This document shows, in pieces, positions 41,201 to 53,889 of a stretch of DNA of 64,000 nucleotides. The translations under genes were made by a program, and so were the position numbers. The stretch covers positions 62,001-126,000 of the forward strand of contig NW_018480037.1 of the NCBI RefSeq assembly GCF_002113885.1, written 5' to 3'. The notes under the pieces are model-generated. The model saw only the letters and a program-made list of their open reading frames with translations, did no database searches and was not told the origin of the DNA. This DNA is from Mizuhopecten yessoensis. Its lineage: Eukaryota. How positions within the stretch are numbered: position 1 is the first letter of the stretch; every line of letters begins with the position of its first letter.

Positions 41201-41340
41201 TGACATTACAAAATCTGAAACAGCACTAATGGATTTTAAAGAAACGTTATGATGATAATAGAAATATCTTACTTTTTCCTTTGATATGACTCCTCGACAA
41301 TTTGGTCAGTTTGGCGATGCAGCCTGACCATCGCCGCCAT
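32298..41340 (-). CDS. SPATA17: Spermatogenesis-associated protein 17 (IQ-motif calmodulin-binding protein)
   Basis: Exons 41340-41273, 39978-39889, 39571-39490, 39206-39156, 37640-37537, 36766-36611, 36256-36106, 35969-35821, 34875-34746, 32372-32298 are phase-consistent. The product has three IQ motifs (VQAWFRGSRTR, IQKRWRGYLGR, IQKMWRGYYIR) and the SPATA17-typical segments EYQARKYHFLISTEVIPGIFNSPF, QGPFRDP..V..QRYKP..TLRV and a terminal YSQGQV*. Confidence 0.93.
33305..33515. repeat. About 31-bp minisatellite
   Basis: acatacagctctgatagttacacatgtacac units. Confidence 0.85.
35344..35688 (-). mobile_element. Non-autonomous dispersed element (copy B, hairpin partly deleted) in a SPATA17 intron
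   Basis: Reverse-complement homology to 24684-25066, for example gggagacacacctgtgaagggtgggagaaaaaaca. Confidence 0.85.
37815..39010. repeat. 36-bp minisatellite, about 33 copies, in SPATA17 intron 4
   Basis: Unit catgtaaggtcataaaacgacaggccataacagctc. It generates the 412-aa and 232-aa periodic ORFs. Confidence 0.97.
39256..39349 (-). mobile_element. Internally deleted tRNA-derived SINE with target-site duplication
   Basis: On the minus strand a head gggtggtcgggtggcgcagtggacagcgcacttgcctttcaccaagg (A-box TGGCGCAGTGG) is joined to an A-rich tail. It is flanked by atgtaattatggtat / atgtaataatggtat. Confidence 0.6.
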
Positions 41341-41654
41341 ATTGTATATTGTGTTGTCAGGAGTGACGTCACAAAATTTTATTCTGCATTTTTAACATGA
41401 CAGTGGATGAAAAGGGATATAAATGGGAGGTCAATTCATTTCTTAGAAGAAATGTTGTTTGTTTAAAAAACTGAACCTTTGAGAAACCATTGTGTCATAA
41501 TGTATAAGAAGCCCCGAGTACGAAACTGCGGTTTATAAGCAGGTTGCGTAGAGACGATCTTTATCAACAATATGGCGGCAAATTGATCTCGAGTCGTCGG
41601 TGCAGAGTTATGAAGTTCAGTCAGTCGTTGTTTAACCTTTAAACCAACATCAAC
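41333..41654. promoter_or_regulatory. Bidirectional promoter between SPATA17 and the C2orf73-like gene
   Basis: The start codons are 315 bp apart. An X-box-like GTTGTC-AGG-AGTGAC (41353-41367) overlaps a CRE palindrome TGACGTCA (41364-41371). A YY1-like ATGGCGGC occurs on each strand. Confidence 0.75.
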
Positions 41655-44600
41655 ATGACAATGTACATGCCACCGATTGCCCGAAAGAAGAGGGTTTCCG
41701 GGCATTATGAGTAAGTTGTGTGACATATTTGTCATTTATTTTTTAATAAGTTTACAGTAAAAGTAACTTTCAATTTCGTATCACGGAAAGCATATTTTAG
41801 GCCTGCTACGAATGAAATCAATACAGTAAAGTAACGACATAACAGAAAGTAGTACCACATGATACTGTAGAGGTATATGGGCGTTAAAGTGTTGTCATGT
41901 GTGCCTAACATGCGAAAAAATGTTTGCAAAATTTAAAAAATAGAAGCTCGCTCTCACTGGTGCTGAGAAGCTGAGAAACGTTTTTTTATGGTTTCAGATC
42001 TAGATCAGACAGATGGATAAGATGACAGTACCCAAATCGGATCACCAAACCATTATTTTATACATTCATTGAAAATTCTGAGGATGAATTAATTATATTC
42101 ATTTATGGTTGTATAAAAGGAAGAATAGCAATGGGTGTTCTTACAAACAAAATTAAATAGCATCGGTGCTCACATGAAATATTTTTAGAACGCTCTGAAG
42201 TCGCCTATCAGTGGTTCCAGGTTTTGCGAATGTCAGGACCTAAATCGGATCAAGGCTTGAATTTTGCAGTATCTTCCCCTTCAAATGAATATTTTTTTGT
42301 CAGCATATTATCATTTTATGATGACCTTTGGAATTTATATGAAAACAAGTATTTCTATAGGGTGAATTTATTTCTAAAGCCCAATACTGAATACATAGTC
42401 GTCGCATGCGCTATTTTCTAAAAACGTAAACAAAACACCGGCATATGAGTTTGAATTACGTTTTCTAGGGCTATTCGGACTAATCATCTGTAGACAAAAA
42501 ATGGTGCATGGCTATCTATTCTAAAGTTACATCATTGTTATAATATAACTGATCTGTTGACACATTTATTGATTTAAAACTATTTTTGTAAAAAGTGATC
42601 CGATTTGGGTACTGATCCGATTTGGGTCCTGCCTCCTTATCACAAAATTTCAAAAGAAATTAACGTTTTTTCGTGATATAACCAATCTTTTTTAACAATA
42701 CATACTGGTTAGGTTTATAAACATATATTTTTAATACACATCAAAATGATATATCAAATTAATACAGTCTAAATGTTGATAATATTCATGACAATTCATT
42801 TAATACCCTTAATGTAATACCTGAAACTCTGCAGTTACTATGCTCTGTGCTCCTAAAGGGATTTAGGGCCCAAAAATAATGTGTGTTTCAGGTAACATGC
42901 GTGAAAAAAATGGGGTAGGTTGGTAGGCAAATGATTTTATTTGAATTTGAATTTCTCCACGCATTACAATGGCTATTTACTTGTCAAGAGTAGGGACAGA
43001 CTCCCGTAACAGGAAGAAAGACCATTTTAAAATTAATGCATGACTGTGAGCTCAGTCTGATTTATTTCTAGGGTCAGCAGTTAAATGTAGGGTAGGTCGG
43101 GATACCTGAAACACAGATAATGTTTTTTTGCCTAGGGCCACAACAAATCAGGTCAATAATTTCAAACACTGACTATTATTTGTTACAAACATGTTACAAC
43201 AAAGTCTTTTTTTATTTATAGCCCTGATTCTTTCCGTGTTATAAGTGGAGATGCGGAGGAAATGCATCCAAAATTTGTGACAACATCAATAGAAGATCAT
43301 GCTGATTTTCGAAGAGAAACTCCAGCAGGCGGATTAACACTGCCGAACATTTACAACAGACAAACTGAAGTGTTACCAAAGTCAGTGCCTGATTACAGGG
43401 TGAACAGGCCACATCCAGGTAGTTGTGGATTTTTAAGACACAATGTCAGAGTTTTAAATGAACCTGTATGTAGTGTATACACAGCCTCATCACATGATGA
43501 GCAGAATCTGTGGTGGCCTTCTAGGACATCAAATGAACCTCTGAATGTACCTCCTAAAACTAAGGACACAGTTTACAGGGGAGACTACATGCAGGATGGT
43601 GACAGAATACAAAGCAGTGGCTCAACAAGGCATAGTGCTAATCTCCACAGAGATCCTGCTCTTGGAACAGGTTAGTTCATAATCATTATGGAATATATAT
43701 GAAACATCTATGTGAATATTATTGCTCGATATTATTTTCACTATTTCAGTAGCAAAGCAATGAAAGTTGGGGGAGGGGACATTGAATTAGTGAATATGGA
43801 TAAGAATTACCCATACAAAACATTTGTATGTTTATCTCATATATTACCAATTGATCATTAGTGATCAAAACATCAAATCATATGAATAAGAGATAGTAAA
43901 AAAACCTTGAGAGCACCTGGCACTGAGTGTAATGTTCTTAGCGTGCCAGATCTGTACACTGTGCTGATGAATCAATCTTCTACACCAGGTGACAGTTATG
44001 TTATAAATATACTTATACATGATAAAGAGAACCATAAAATCACCACTGCCAATTTGTATGTGGATATTATTTTTAGATAAAGACATGTATTTGATTGCTC
44101 AAAGATTGGTTAACTTTAACTGGTGGTTATAATTAGTGGGAAATTAAAAACATTGTAAGTAAGAAGCCAGGGCATTCAAAGCAGAATAAATCTTCAGAAC
44201 ACATCAAACTAATCTGCTGCAACAAATATGTAGCAGTGAAATGATATTTATTTAGATACACATGTTCTTGATTTTGTTGTACATTGTATTAAATATTTAA
44301 TTTTCCCTAACCACTGGTTAACTCTAGGGCAACCTTTGAGCAACCAGGGCCAGGTGGCTTCAAAAGATTACATGCTACTCAACTGGTTTGGATTTTTGTT
44401 GTTGTTGATTTCTTCAAATTCGTGACATTACAGCCGATAATTAAACACTGCCTATACATGTACATGCTGTATTACATTTCGTGATGTGCATGGAATGTAT
44501 GATTTGAAGGACTGGGTTTTTAATTTGTAATTAAATATTACTGTTTGGTTAGAAGTATCCAGTTTGTATCAAACCTTGCTATGTAATCCCCAGATGTCAC

Positions 44601-47600
44601 ATGGCACTACATGGATCATGTGTCATTTTAACCAATAATTCAGTCCTGGCAAAACCCGATGTGATCATCGTGATTAGATCTGAACTGTATTGTCTAGTAT
44701 CTGGGAAGTGATCTTACCTTTAGACTAGTGCATTAAGCCATGGATAAACTGTGAATACTTGTATGTGTGTTAGGAGCTTTGTTTGGGAAATACAGCTGTT
44801 TAAATTTACACTTGGGCACTCAAGTATGTAATGTCAGCCATCAGATTATATGTTTAATGAATATTGAGTTACGCATTGAGTTTAATGCAATAATCTGTTA
44901 ATGTTACTTAAAACATTAGAAGAAAATGTATAAATTTAACTTGGATTATATTGGATTAGTTTTATGCTTAAATCAGCTTTTATTGCCGTTGTCGTTTTAA
45001 ATATAACCTACGTTTTTTGTTTTTTTATCTGAGACCAACTCTCTTAAGCTTCATGCCTATAAGCAAAGTTTACTGGTTTAGTTTAGTATTACATGTTTAT
45101 ATCAAATATATGCAAATTAGCCATTGGTGTATATATTACATTTATTAGTATTAGTTTTGATATTATCTAAAAAGCCATAGAATTGATCAAACTAGGATAC
45201 CAAAGATAATACTTCCTATTATAAGTAAATGGTGGCTGGCTTGTCAGGGTTTCAGTAACTTAAGTGGGATTGTCTGGGTGAAAGTTTGAATAGTTTAGAT
45301 ATTAAGAGCAGTAAAATAAAGCATTGATTTAAGTTGAGAAGTAATTTGTTTGCATTTCTGTTTTCCAGTACCTGTTAACTTTTTACCAGCCAGAAATGAT
45401 AATAAACGCTTTTTCAAAGAGAAGATCTCATACGAGCATCAATACAATAGTCGCCTGAACCCCAACTATCCAACTAGAGCCAAGGTAAGGAAGCAATTTC
45501 AGCTCCTCCAAAGTTTGTTTGGGGAGGTATTTACAACTCCCAACTCGGCATGTAGCTTGATGGCAGTCAACAAAGGCAGTCGGCTTGTCAATGCTTGGTT
45601 CCTGTCCTACTGTTGACAGATCTATATCATTTTATATAAATATATGAAAAGTTTTGTATTGTTGGCCTCCAACATAGTGGCCCTATCCTATTTCACACGA
45701 CCTTACCAATCAGAGGGTCAGTAGTCCTATTGTGCTTGGGACATGTTCTACTGTATGTATAGTGTATTATATAAAACAGCGCCACACTAAACACAGTAGT
45801 ACAAGTCACCCTATACTTATCCATTACATACAAGAAAACAGATTGATGGTGTATGGTTTTAATTTGACTTTTAGATATTAAGATTATATATATTGAAAAT
45901 TAATAACAAAAACTTGAAGTATAAACAAAAGAAGACTTTCAAAACAGCACTGATACTCAAAATTTTCAAATGTTCGACAAGTTAGACTTCAAAATTACCA
46001 TGTATGTAATATGCCTGTAGCTTGATTTCTGATAACTCTTACAGTACCTGTAAAATGTGTTAGGTCATGTACATATAGCTGTGACAATGTACTTATCATC
46101 ACTAAGTCACTTGTAGGAATACTTTCTTATTCTTGTAGAATTAGTGCATTATTATCTAGTGTATATATAGTACACAGTAGTTTGTATGTTATACTACACA
46201 GTAGTTTGTGTGTTATACTACACAGTAGCCGGATGTGTATAAATCATGACGGTGACATTAGAGGAATTTTTAGTGGAGGACATAGATATTATTCATGTAT
46301 TGATTAAATACTTTTTTAACAGAATACACTATAGTTGTAATCATGGTGTTGGTCTACATACAGAGGTTTATTCAATACACATTTTCATGGGACGTCTACT
46401 TTAAAAATTATTTACTATCAACTGAACAATCTTCCGTGAATACTATATAAATAAATTTTAAAAATACTTAAAATACATAAGTTTTACTTTAAAATACTAA
46501 TATAAGCATGAACAAATGATTTTGAATCAACAAATACATTTTGAAACTACCACTAAGAAACTGACTGGTATATATTTCCAGAAAAATAAAGTTAATTGGA
46601 TCCATCATCTACATTAAGAAAAAGTAAATATTTGTTTTGTGATTCCGGCTCAGCTTACCTCATATGATTTGTGGCCTCCTTTATTTCCTTTTAATTATAC
46701 ACTCAAATGTTGTCTTTCTAAATATTCACCAAAGTATACCAAGGAAAAAAATGATATTGGACAGCCAGAGCAAAAAGATTTATAGAACAACCTTGTCTGT
46801 ATAATAATGAGGAATTGAATTGAGTAATAGGATTCCAGAAAAAAAAATGGAAAATTTTGTTTGTGTCCAGAATATTGCAATATTTGTTGTTCCTTTTATT
46901 GTCAATCTTTCACAATCTCTCTGCAACATATTTTTGTTTTGTCTAAGTTATGCAGTATCCATTACAATATATAGGAGATCAAAGATGGGTGTGAAACAAA
47001 GATTTAAAGATGTTAATTCTTTTTATCTAATGAATAATACATAGGTTAATATATGGCTGTTCGGGCTAAACTTTTACAATATTTAAATTTGTTTTATTAT
47101 GAAAAGAATGTGGAATAAATGTTAATCGTTATTTGGAGTATTTACTTTTATAACCACATACAGATTTTTTTCTCTTGAAGAAACATGAAATCCAGTTTTA
47201 GATGAAGTATGGTAGATTTTAACAGTTTTGCATGTAAAAAGGGGGCCAGTGATAGTAACCACACTAGTGCATGCTTCATATAGGAGTCATCGCAGCAAAT
47301 CTATATATCATCCTGAGTGTTTTATAGATACCCAGTAATATCATGCCTCGTAAAGATTCATACGTCGTAGATTCTACACACCCATGTTACATATGAACTA
47401 ATGTACCTTATAATTGACATCACTGATTCTCATGCCATTTTTCAGCTTTCATGTCATTTACCATGCCTTTGAGACAGAAACTTAAAATAGACATAATGGA
47501 CTTTTCATGTTTTGTGAATAATTTACATTGTAATTTATGTCCCGGATGTTTGCGACATATATAGCCAGGGACATAACGTTTCTGATATACCTTACAGCTT

Positions 47601-49608
47601 AAATAAGTTTTCTTAGTTAGCTACTCCATATGACATATTTCTCATTCTTGAATCAGAAAACACCAAAGGATATTTTCCAGGTGAGGATTTTAGATAAACG
47701 CAGTCATTTGATTAAAATTTAAAAGCTCATTTGAACAAGATATTTGTTTTTCTTTGCTTTGAATGTAATATTTAGTTTAGAATTAAAACCCTCATATCTT
47801 GGGGATTTGTCTGTTGGTGCCTTAGTTTGATGTTGTTTGTGGTTTAAGTAAAATATGGAGCGACATCATCTGGGCCAGGACAAAAGATGAAAATGTCTGG
47901 ACACGTTTCATTCTAATGAATTCTTTGCCTTGCTTTCATGTAAAATAATTCTCATTAAAAATAAGGATGATGGGCTACACATTTATACAATGCTAAAAGA
48001 ATTGTATCATTCATATGCATTTAATCAGGTACAGGTTATTCATCAAATCAAGATCATTTCTTTTACATAAATATACATACAAAACAACGAATAAAATTCC
48101 ATTAAATAATATTGGAATTTCAACAACGTACTGCTGGGATGAATTTAAGTATTTATAAGGTACTTTGATGTGAGATTTTATCGGTTTGGTCTGAAACGTA
48201 CTGCAAAGAAATGAATCAGTATATATTCATTTGCTTGTACTAATTTCATTTTAGCCACTGTTTATTGAACATTCATAATATTTTCATATTTTACATTAAT
48301 ATTTTTTATCAAATCTGAATAAAGCTGTTCTAAACTTTTAATGAGTTTTATGAAAATTTTAAAGGATTATTTCCTAGACCTCATTTTTTTCTATACATGT
48401 TTCATCATCATCAGATGTTTGTTTGTGGGCCCGCTACTTGTGGTTTTAGTTGTGAATTTTAACATTTTTGAAAAGATCTAATCTGTCAATAAGTTAACCA
48501 GACTTTGTACATTAGACTCTCTACTAACTTTGGTATTAGACAGAGATTGTAACCATGGTAACAAAGAAAGACAACAGTAGATATAACAACATGACAGGTT
48601 TTAATATAGCTGTGAAAATTTATTGCTTTCAACATGTTCATCCATTTAAAGTTTTTTCTTAAACTACATATGCTTATAGTTTTTGTGTATATCAGCCTCA
48701 GAATCAAATTATTCTCAGAAATCTATTTTGTATTACAAAATATTTATAAAAGTTGGATTGCACTGATAACTGACTTTATTGGAACCGTTGCAAATGATTT
48801 GAATCTTATATTTCTGTATTTGAGGTTCTTACTATGTTAGCCTATATATTTTTTATTTCAGTGACATTAAAGAAAGACTATAAGTAACTGGAATATTTGA
48901 GCTTTCTGAAATCAAACTTATTTGAAACCTTTTGTGTGTTATGGTAAAATTAGGACGATTCCCTTCTCTGTTTAGTATGTCAGATATATTAATACTGTCA
49001 GTGAAAATAATCTGCTATATATGAAGAAAATAGTGGTTTTTTTTAATCTTTTTAATAGTTTGTCATCTTCTTTGTCCAAAGTTTATTTGTATGATAAGAT
49101 ATGTTGTTTTTGTTTGTTCTCACTCTGATATATTTGATGTTTGGACACCAAATATAAAAACATGAAGAAGACGTGTTGTTTTAGTATTTATTTAAAGGTT
49201 TTACCAAAAGATTTACTTTTCTTGTGTGATTAAAAACAATTGAGAAGATCAGGCAATTAAGGGCAGTACTTTTTATTTGGTGAAGCTTGGTAGTTGATAC
49301 AATGACCACAGTTATCCTGACATTTTTCTCTTTTGATATTTTAGCGCCATGGCAGCTTTGTATGGGACCAGATGTCCAACGCTGAATCAAAACAGATGAT
49401 GGAAGAGCAAACAGCATTAAACGAGGCAGAGTGCAAGGAGAATGCTCAGTCCCAGACTCACCCTCGCCCTATCAGTAACACCACGAGTAGCTCCGCCCCA
49501 CCACCCTCCCAGCAGGATTCCACTCCACCCACAGAAGTTGTGCCGGAAAAGAAAACTGTTACATTTCAGTCTCCAATAGACAAAGAAAATGAAAAAATCC
49601 ATAAATAG
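41655..49608 (+). CDS. C2orf73: C2orf73 / CIMIP6-like ciliary microtubule inner protein
   Basis: Exons 41655-41710, 43222-43670, 45369-45484, 49345-49608 join in frame (MTMYMPPIARK...HYD|PDSFRVISG...). The motifs FLRHNVRVLNEP, WW, TVYRGDY, GTVPVNF, EKISYEHQYNSR and KRHGSFVW correspond to the C2orf73 family pattern, recognised from memory rather than by search. Confidence 0.8.
42017..42640. mobile_element. MITE with terminal inverted repeats
   Basis: Left end ataagatgacagtacccaaatcggatcac; right end gtgatccgatttgggtactgatccgatttgggtcctgcctccttat. An internal copy of the motif lies at about 42234. Confidence 0.75.
42864..43134. mobile_element. Small MITE
   Basis: Inverted termini taggg.ccaaaaa...tgtgtttcaggta / tacctgaaacaca...tttttttgccta, with internal gggtagg repeats. 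Confidence 0.7.
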
Positions 49609-50844
49609 GGATAATAATTCATACTGGTAAAATAAGACAAATTTTATATCAAAATGGAAAAAAATTATAAATTGAAAACTTAAATTTAATACCAGGTAAC
49701 AAAATTGTGATTACATAGTATACAATGATACTTGCACACTTGCCCTTATTTTGTGGCATAAACAAAGAATTTAGTCATGCACTAGTAACTGTTACATATT
49801 TAAGTAATTTTGTCATCCAACATTTTAATACATTGGGTAATGACCATTAATTAAAGAGGAACATGCACACATTTTTTATTTAAGATATTTTTTAAGACAT
49901 CTGAAAAGTATAGTATACTCCAGTACTGTCATATCTTATCCTTAAATCACCTCTACGGTTTGTAACAGTATAATCAGAGATTATATGTAAAATCGGAAGT
50001 TATTTTAATGTTCAAACCAATTGGCACCCCAAAAACAATACTGTTGAAACTACTGTTGATACAGTAATACATGTATTTAGAGACCAGCAGATCTCTAAAC
50101 AATGGGAATTAAACTAAGAATTTTTAGACTGATCTTTTATCTAGAGGTCTTGACCCACAAGCTTTAAACTTTAAATGACAGTTTTGTTTCTGTGACTATT
50201 TCTTGACTATGACATAGATATTGGTCATATGTACTATGTATAGTCAAGCATTTCTGTGGTATTAAAGAGTCCGACCAGTATTGAAGGAATGAAGGGTGCC
50301 CAAAGACATAATATTTTATATAGAGAATATGTAATTTTACCCCATTACAAGGTCGTTATTATACAGTGTATATTTTTTATATTCAGTAGTATTGGGGTTT
50401 ATCCTCCCTATTTTTTACATCATTTTGTTATCATATATGCTTTAATAGTCTTCATTTTCACAGATTTCACTGCCCGTTGAGTTTCTGTGAAAAATAGGGC
50501 AAGATGTGTTAGCAAGCACAGGAAATGTTGAAAATGAAGACTGTTATGGTGACTAGTCCATGTATATCGCTATATCCCAGTCTGTGCCTTTCTCAGTCAT
50601 TGGTAAACTATTTTATATAACTTTTTATATTTTGTTAATCATACATACATTTAATTTTGTATTCAACTTTGTTTTTAATACTGAATTTTATTTTCCTTTA
50701 TAACTGTGAGCACATCTTTGTGATATTGTTACTTTCTGTCAGCTACCATGTGTTGTAGTGTAGGGTTTGTTTTGCGTTCAGTGTTCCTGTTATAATCAAG
50801 GCTTTCAGTCTGACTACATATAGTTCACCTGTTAATATTTTTAT

Positions 50845-50850
50845 AATAAA
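50845..50850 (+). terminator. Candidate polyadenylation signal of the C2orf73-like gene
   Basis: AATAAA followed by T-rich sequence, about 1.2 kb after the stop codon. Confidence 0.4.
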
Positions 50851-53800
50851 CTCATTAACATTTCTATGAAAAGAATTACATGATTTTGTTATTTTTTTTA
50901 AGAATTATTTAAAATTCAATTAAACACAAAAATCATATCTTGGTATTTGTGGAGATGAACATTGTAATATTCTCTTTTAATCTATCTATTCATCCTTGTT
51001 TATATTTATTTTGTGATCAAGCATCATCAAATATGAGGAGAGATACATAAATGATATATGTTCTCTTTTAGTTTGAATAATCAAATGAAATGATAATCCT
51101 CAGAAAACAAAACCGTTGAAATAACACCTGAAGATGAAATATAGATATGTACATGTTTAAATAAAATGTTAGCAGGTACTTTTGACCCAACATTACATAA
51201 GTAGAGATTTTGGGAGGTAATTTGACTTGTTTCTATATAAATAGAGATGTTGGCAGGTTCTTTTGACTGATTGCTGCACAAATAGAGATGTTGGCAGGTA
51301 CGTTTGACCTTTTGCCTCATAAACAGGGATATTTGAAGGTACATTTGATTGGATTGACGAATGTACTTTTTAGAGTTTACCGTGATTAACTACAGAATAT
51401 GTTTTGTTAATACTATGTTTATCTGTAGAACAAATTCATTGGAATATAATTAATATTATGCAGAGGTATATTGGAAAGAATATAATGGCAAACATTACTT
51501 TCACAAATGACTGTATGAAAGGGAGAAAAATACACCTGTAGGCCAATGCCCCGCTTGCCTGACCAGCCGAAAAACGTTACAAAAGTGTAAATTTACAATT
51601 AAATAAGGTACTGACCATACCAAATTTCGTTGGCATTGATGGTTAAGTAGGATTCCTCCATACAATGCTTTCTGCTGAAAAGAGATATCTCTCTGAAAAA
51701 ACAAAATATGGAAATGATAAATTAATTTCATAAATAAGAGCTAACTTGCATATTTTTAAATGTTTAGTAAAAAGTAAGCGCATTTTGTCTAGGTAAATTT
51801 GTGTCGACAGACAGACGGACTTAACAGCATTTCTGGATCAAATAGGGAATGATGTTTGCCATTTCCCTATCCCCCATTCAATATTTTGTAGGTTTGGTTG
51901 AGTTGTTTTGGTTAGTCAAAACATGGCATATCGTCAATGTTAGTTGGCTTCATGAATTTAGCAGTCGTGGGGACGTAACCAACCATGCGCCAACGAGAAA
52001 ATCAGGGATATATAATGGATAGTGTGCATATTTATTGCGCATGCATCAGTTCGAAGGGAAAGAGCCCTACAGCGTTTTACCCAGGAAGTTACAATTCACT
52101 ATTTCACCCCCTGATATGAAAAGAACAAAGAGAGCAGCTGAAAATCATTCGTTACCATTTACCTTGACCATTAGAGAACAGTGACTATTTGTCTCCTTAT
52201 TGTGACACCATTTGACGTCTAAAGGATATGACATGAACTACTGATTTTATCATGTCTGACCTTTATACGTATTGTATATAAAAAGGGGCAAGCTCTAGCA
52301 TCTGACTTTTTCAGTTGAAATTATTTCAAATTTGTCTTTAATGTACCCAAATGGAGCCCCCACTCATCTGGATCACTTGGTTCACTTTTGGTTCAGTCAA
52401 TGTTAGTATAAATAACTCTGTTAACACCACAGAGCTATTATTTATAGTTATTTTTTGTAGGCCCACTTAAGATCTCTAGGAAAATGGCATGAAAACTTTA
52501 TATTCTTTATGCATATATTTCTCTATAAAGGGATAAAACGTGGCATTTATAATTATTAAGACGATTTTTAAACTTACATGAAATTACCCCTTATGATGCC
52601 TATATAGGCTTCAGCTCAACCTTTTTAAACTGCAAATCCACATCACCTAAATACTATCCTTGGATCCATTTGTGGTAAGGTATTGAAGACGGACGAAAAC
52701 GGATTGCAATAGGTCCCACGAGCCTTCGTTTCGAGTGACATAAGCTAACGCAATGAGATCACAATTTAAGATGTACGGTATAGCACGACAGATATCGAGG
52801 TCAATGTTTGATCTGCGTATGGTTATTATAAAGATCATTGATGACGCCGATAGAAAAAAATCTGTGGAAATTCTAAAATCAAGCTTGAAATCAGCAATAC
52901 AGAGCATAGAAAAACAATTTCATTCCGTTATGTTCAAATCTGATTGGAAAGACCAGGTATATGTACCCGTATATTCTCAAACGCTTTTTTGTAAACTCGT
53001 CAGTCGTATAAGATTGTTGACCTTGATAACAATTCAGTATACACAATATATAACCTATTTTTGTTAAAAGATAAATCTTTTTCATAAGCAAGAACAGCAG
53101 CTACCTTAAAATATCTCTACATTTGAACACTTTGATATATTTGCAGGACGGGCATCAGTTCTACTGTGGAATCTTGTGATCAAGGCATTACACTTTACAC
53201 TACACGCTATTTGGTGACATTGGCTTGGAAGCTTACTACTTAAATGTAAAAAAGGACTTAATATGCGGCAATGGAGATATTTACACAAGGTCTATTTTCA
53301 ACAGAAAAATACGTATCACATACTCAAGTGTAAACGATTCTACTTCATTGTATGCAAATAAACCTGTTTAAAACTCATAAATTAATTTTAATATACTAAC
53401 TTGGTTAAACTGGTGTAAGTAGGCGGTCATACGCTCTGCAATGTCACCTTGCTATTTGTTTGTCATAATATTTAATAGAGAAATACAGAGCATTTTTAAA
53501 TAACACATAAATCATTGATGACGCACGCATTAAAACCCCAGAAAAGGCCTACTACGTCCAAATCATATAGTTCTCAGATGAAATAAAATAGCAGAGTGAT
53601 AAAAATGACATATAACTCCTGAAACACATGTTGTAACACAGTGGGAGACCTCTATCTTATCAGTTTGCCTTTCTCTACATCTGTTTCCTCATGGACAGAC
53701 CGACATTTACTGATATAAGTATACTTTTGATTTTAACGTCTTGCTACTATTTCACATTGTCTACATTAGGCAGCTGTAGGCCTATTGTTGTAACCCTCTC

Positions 53801-53889
53801 CGTGCCAGCTCTCTTTGTGTGAAGATAATGTATATCTTTATGTTAAAGCAGGATCTTTTTCAGATCCCTCATCATCAATTACAATTCTG

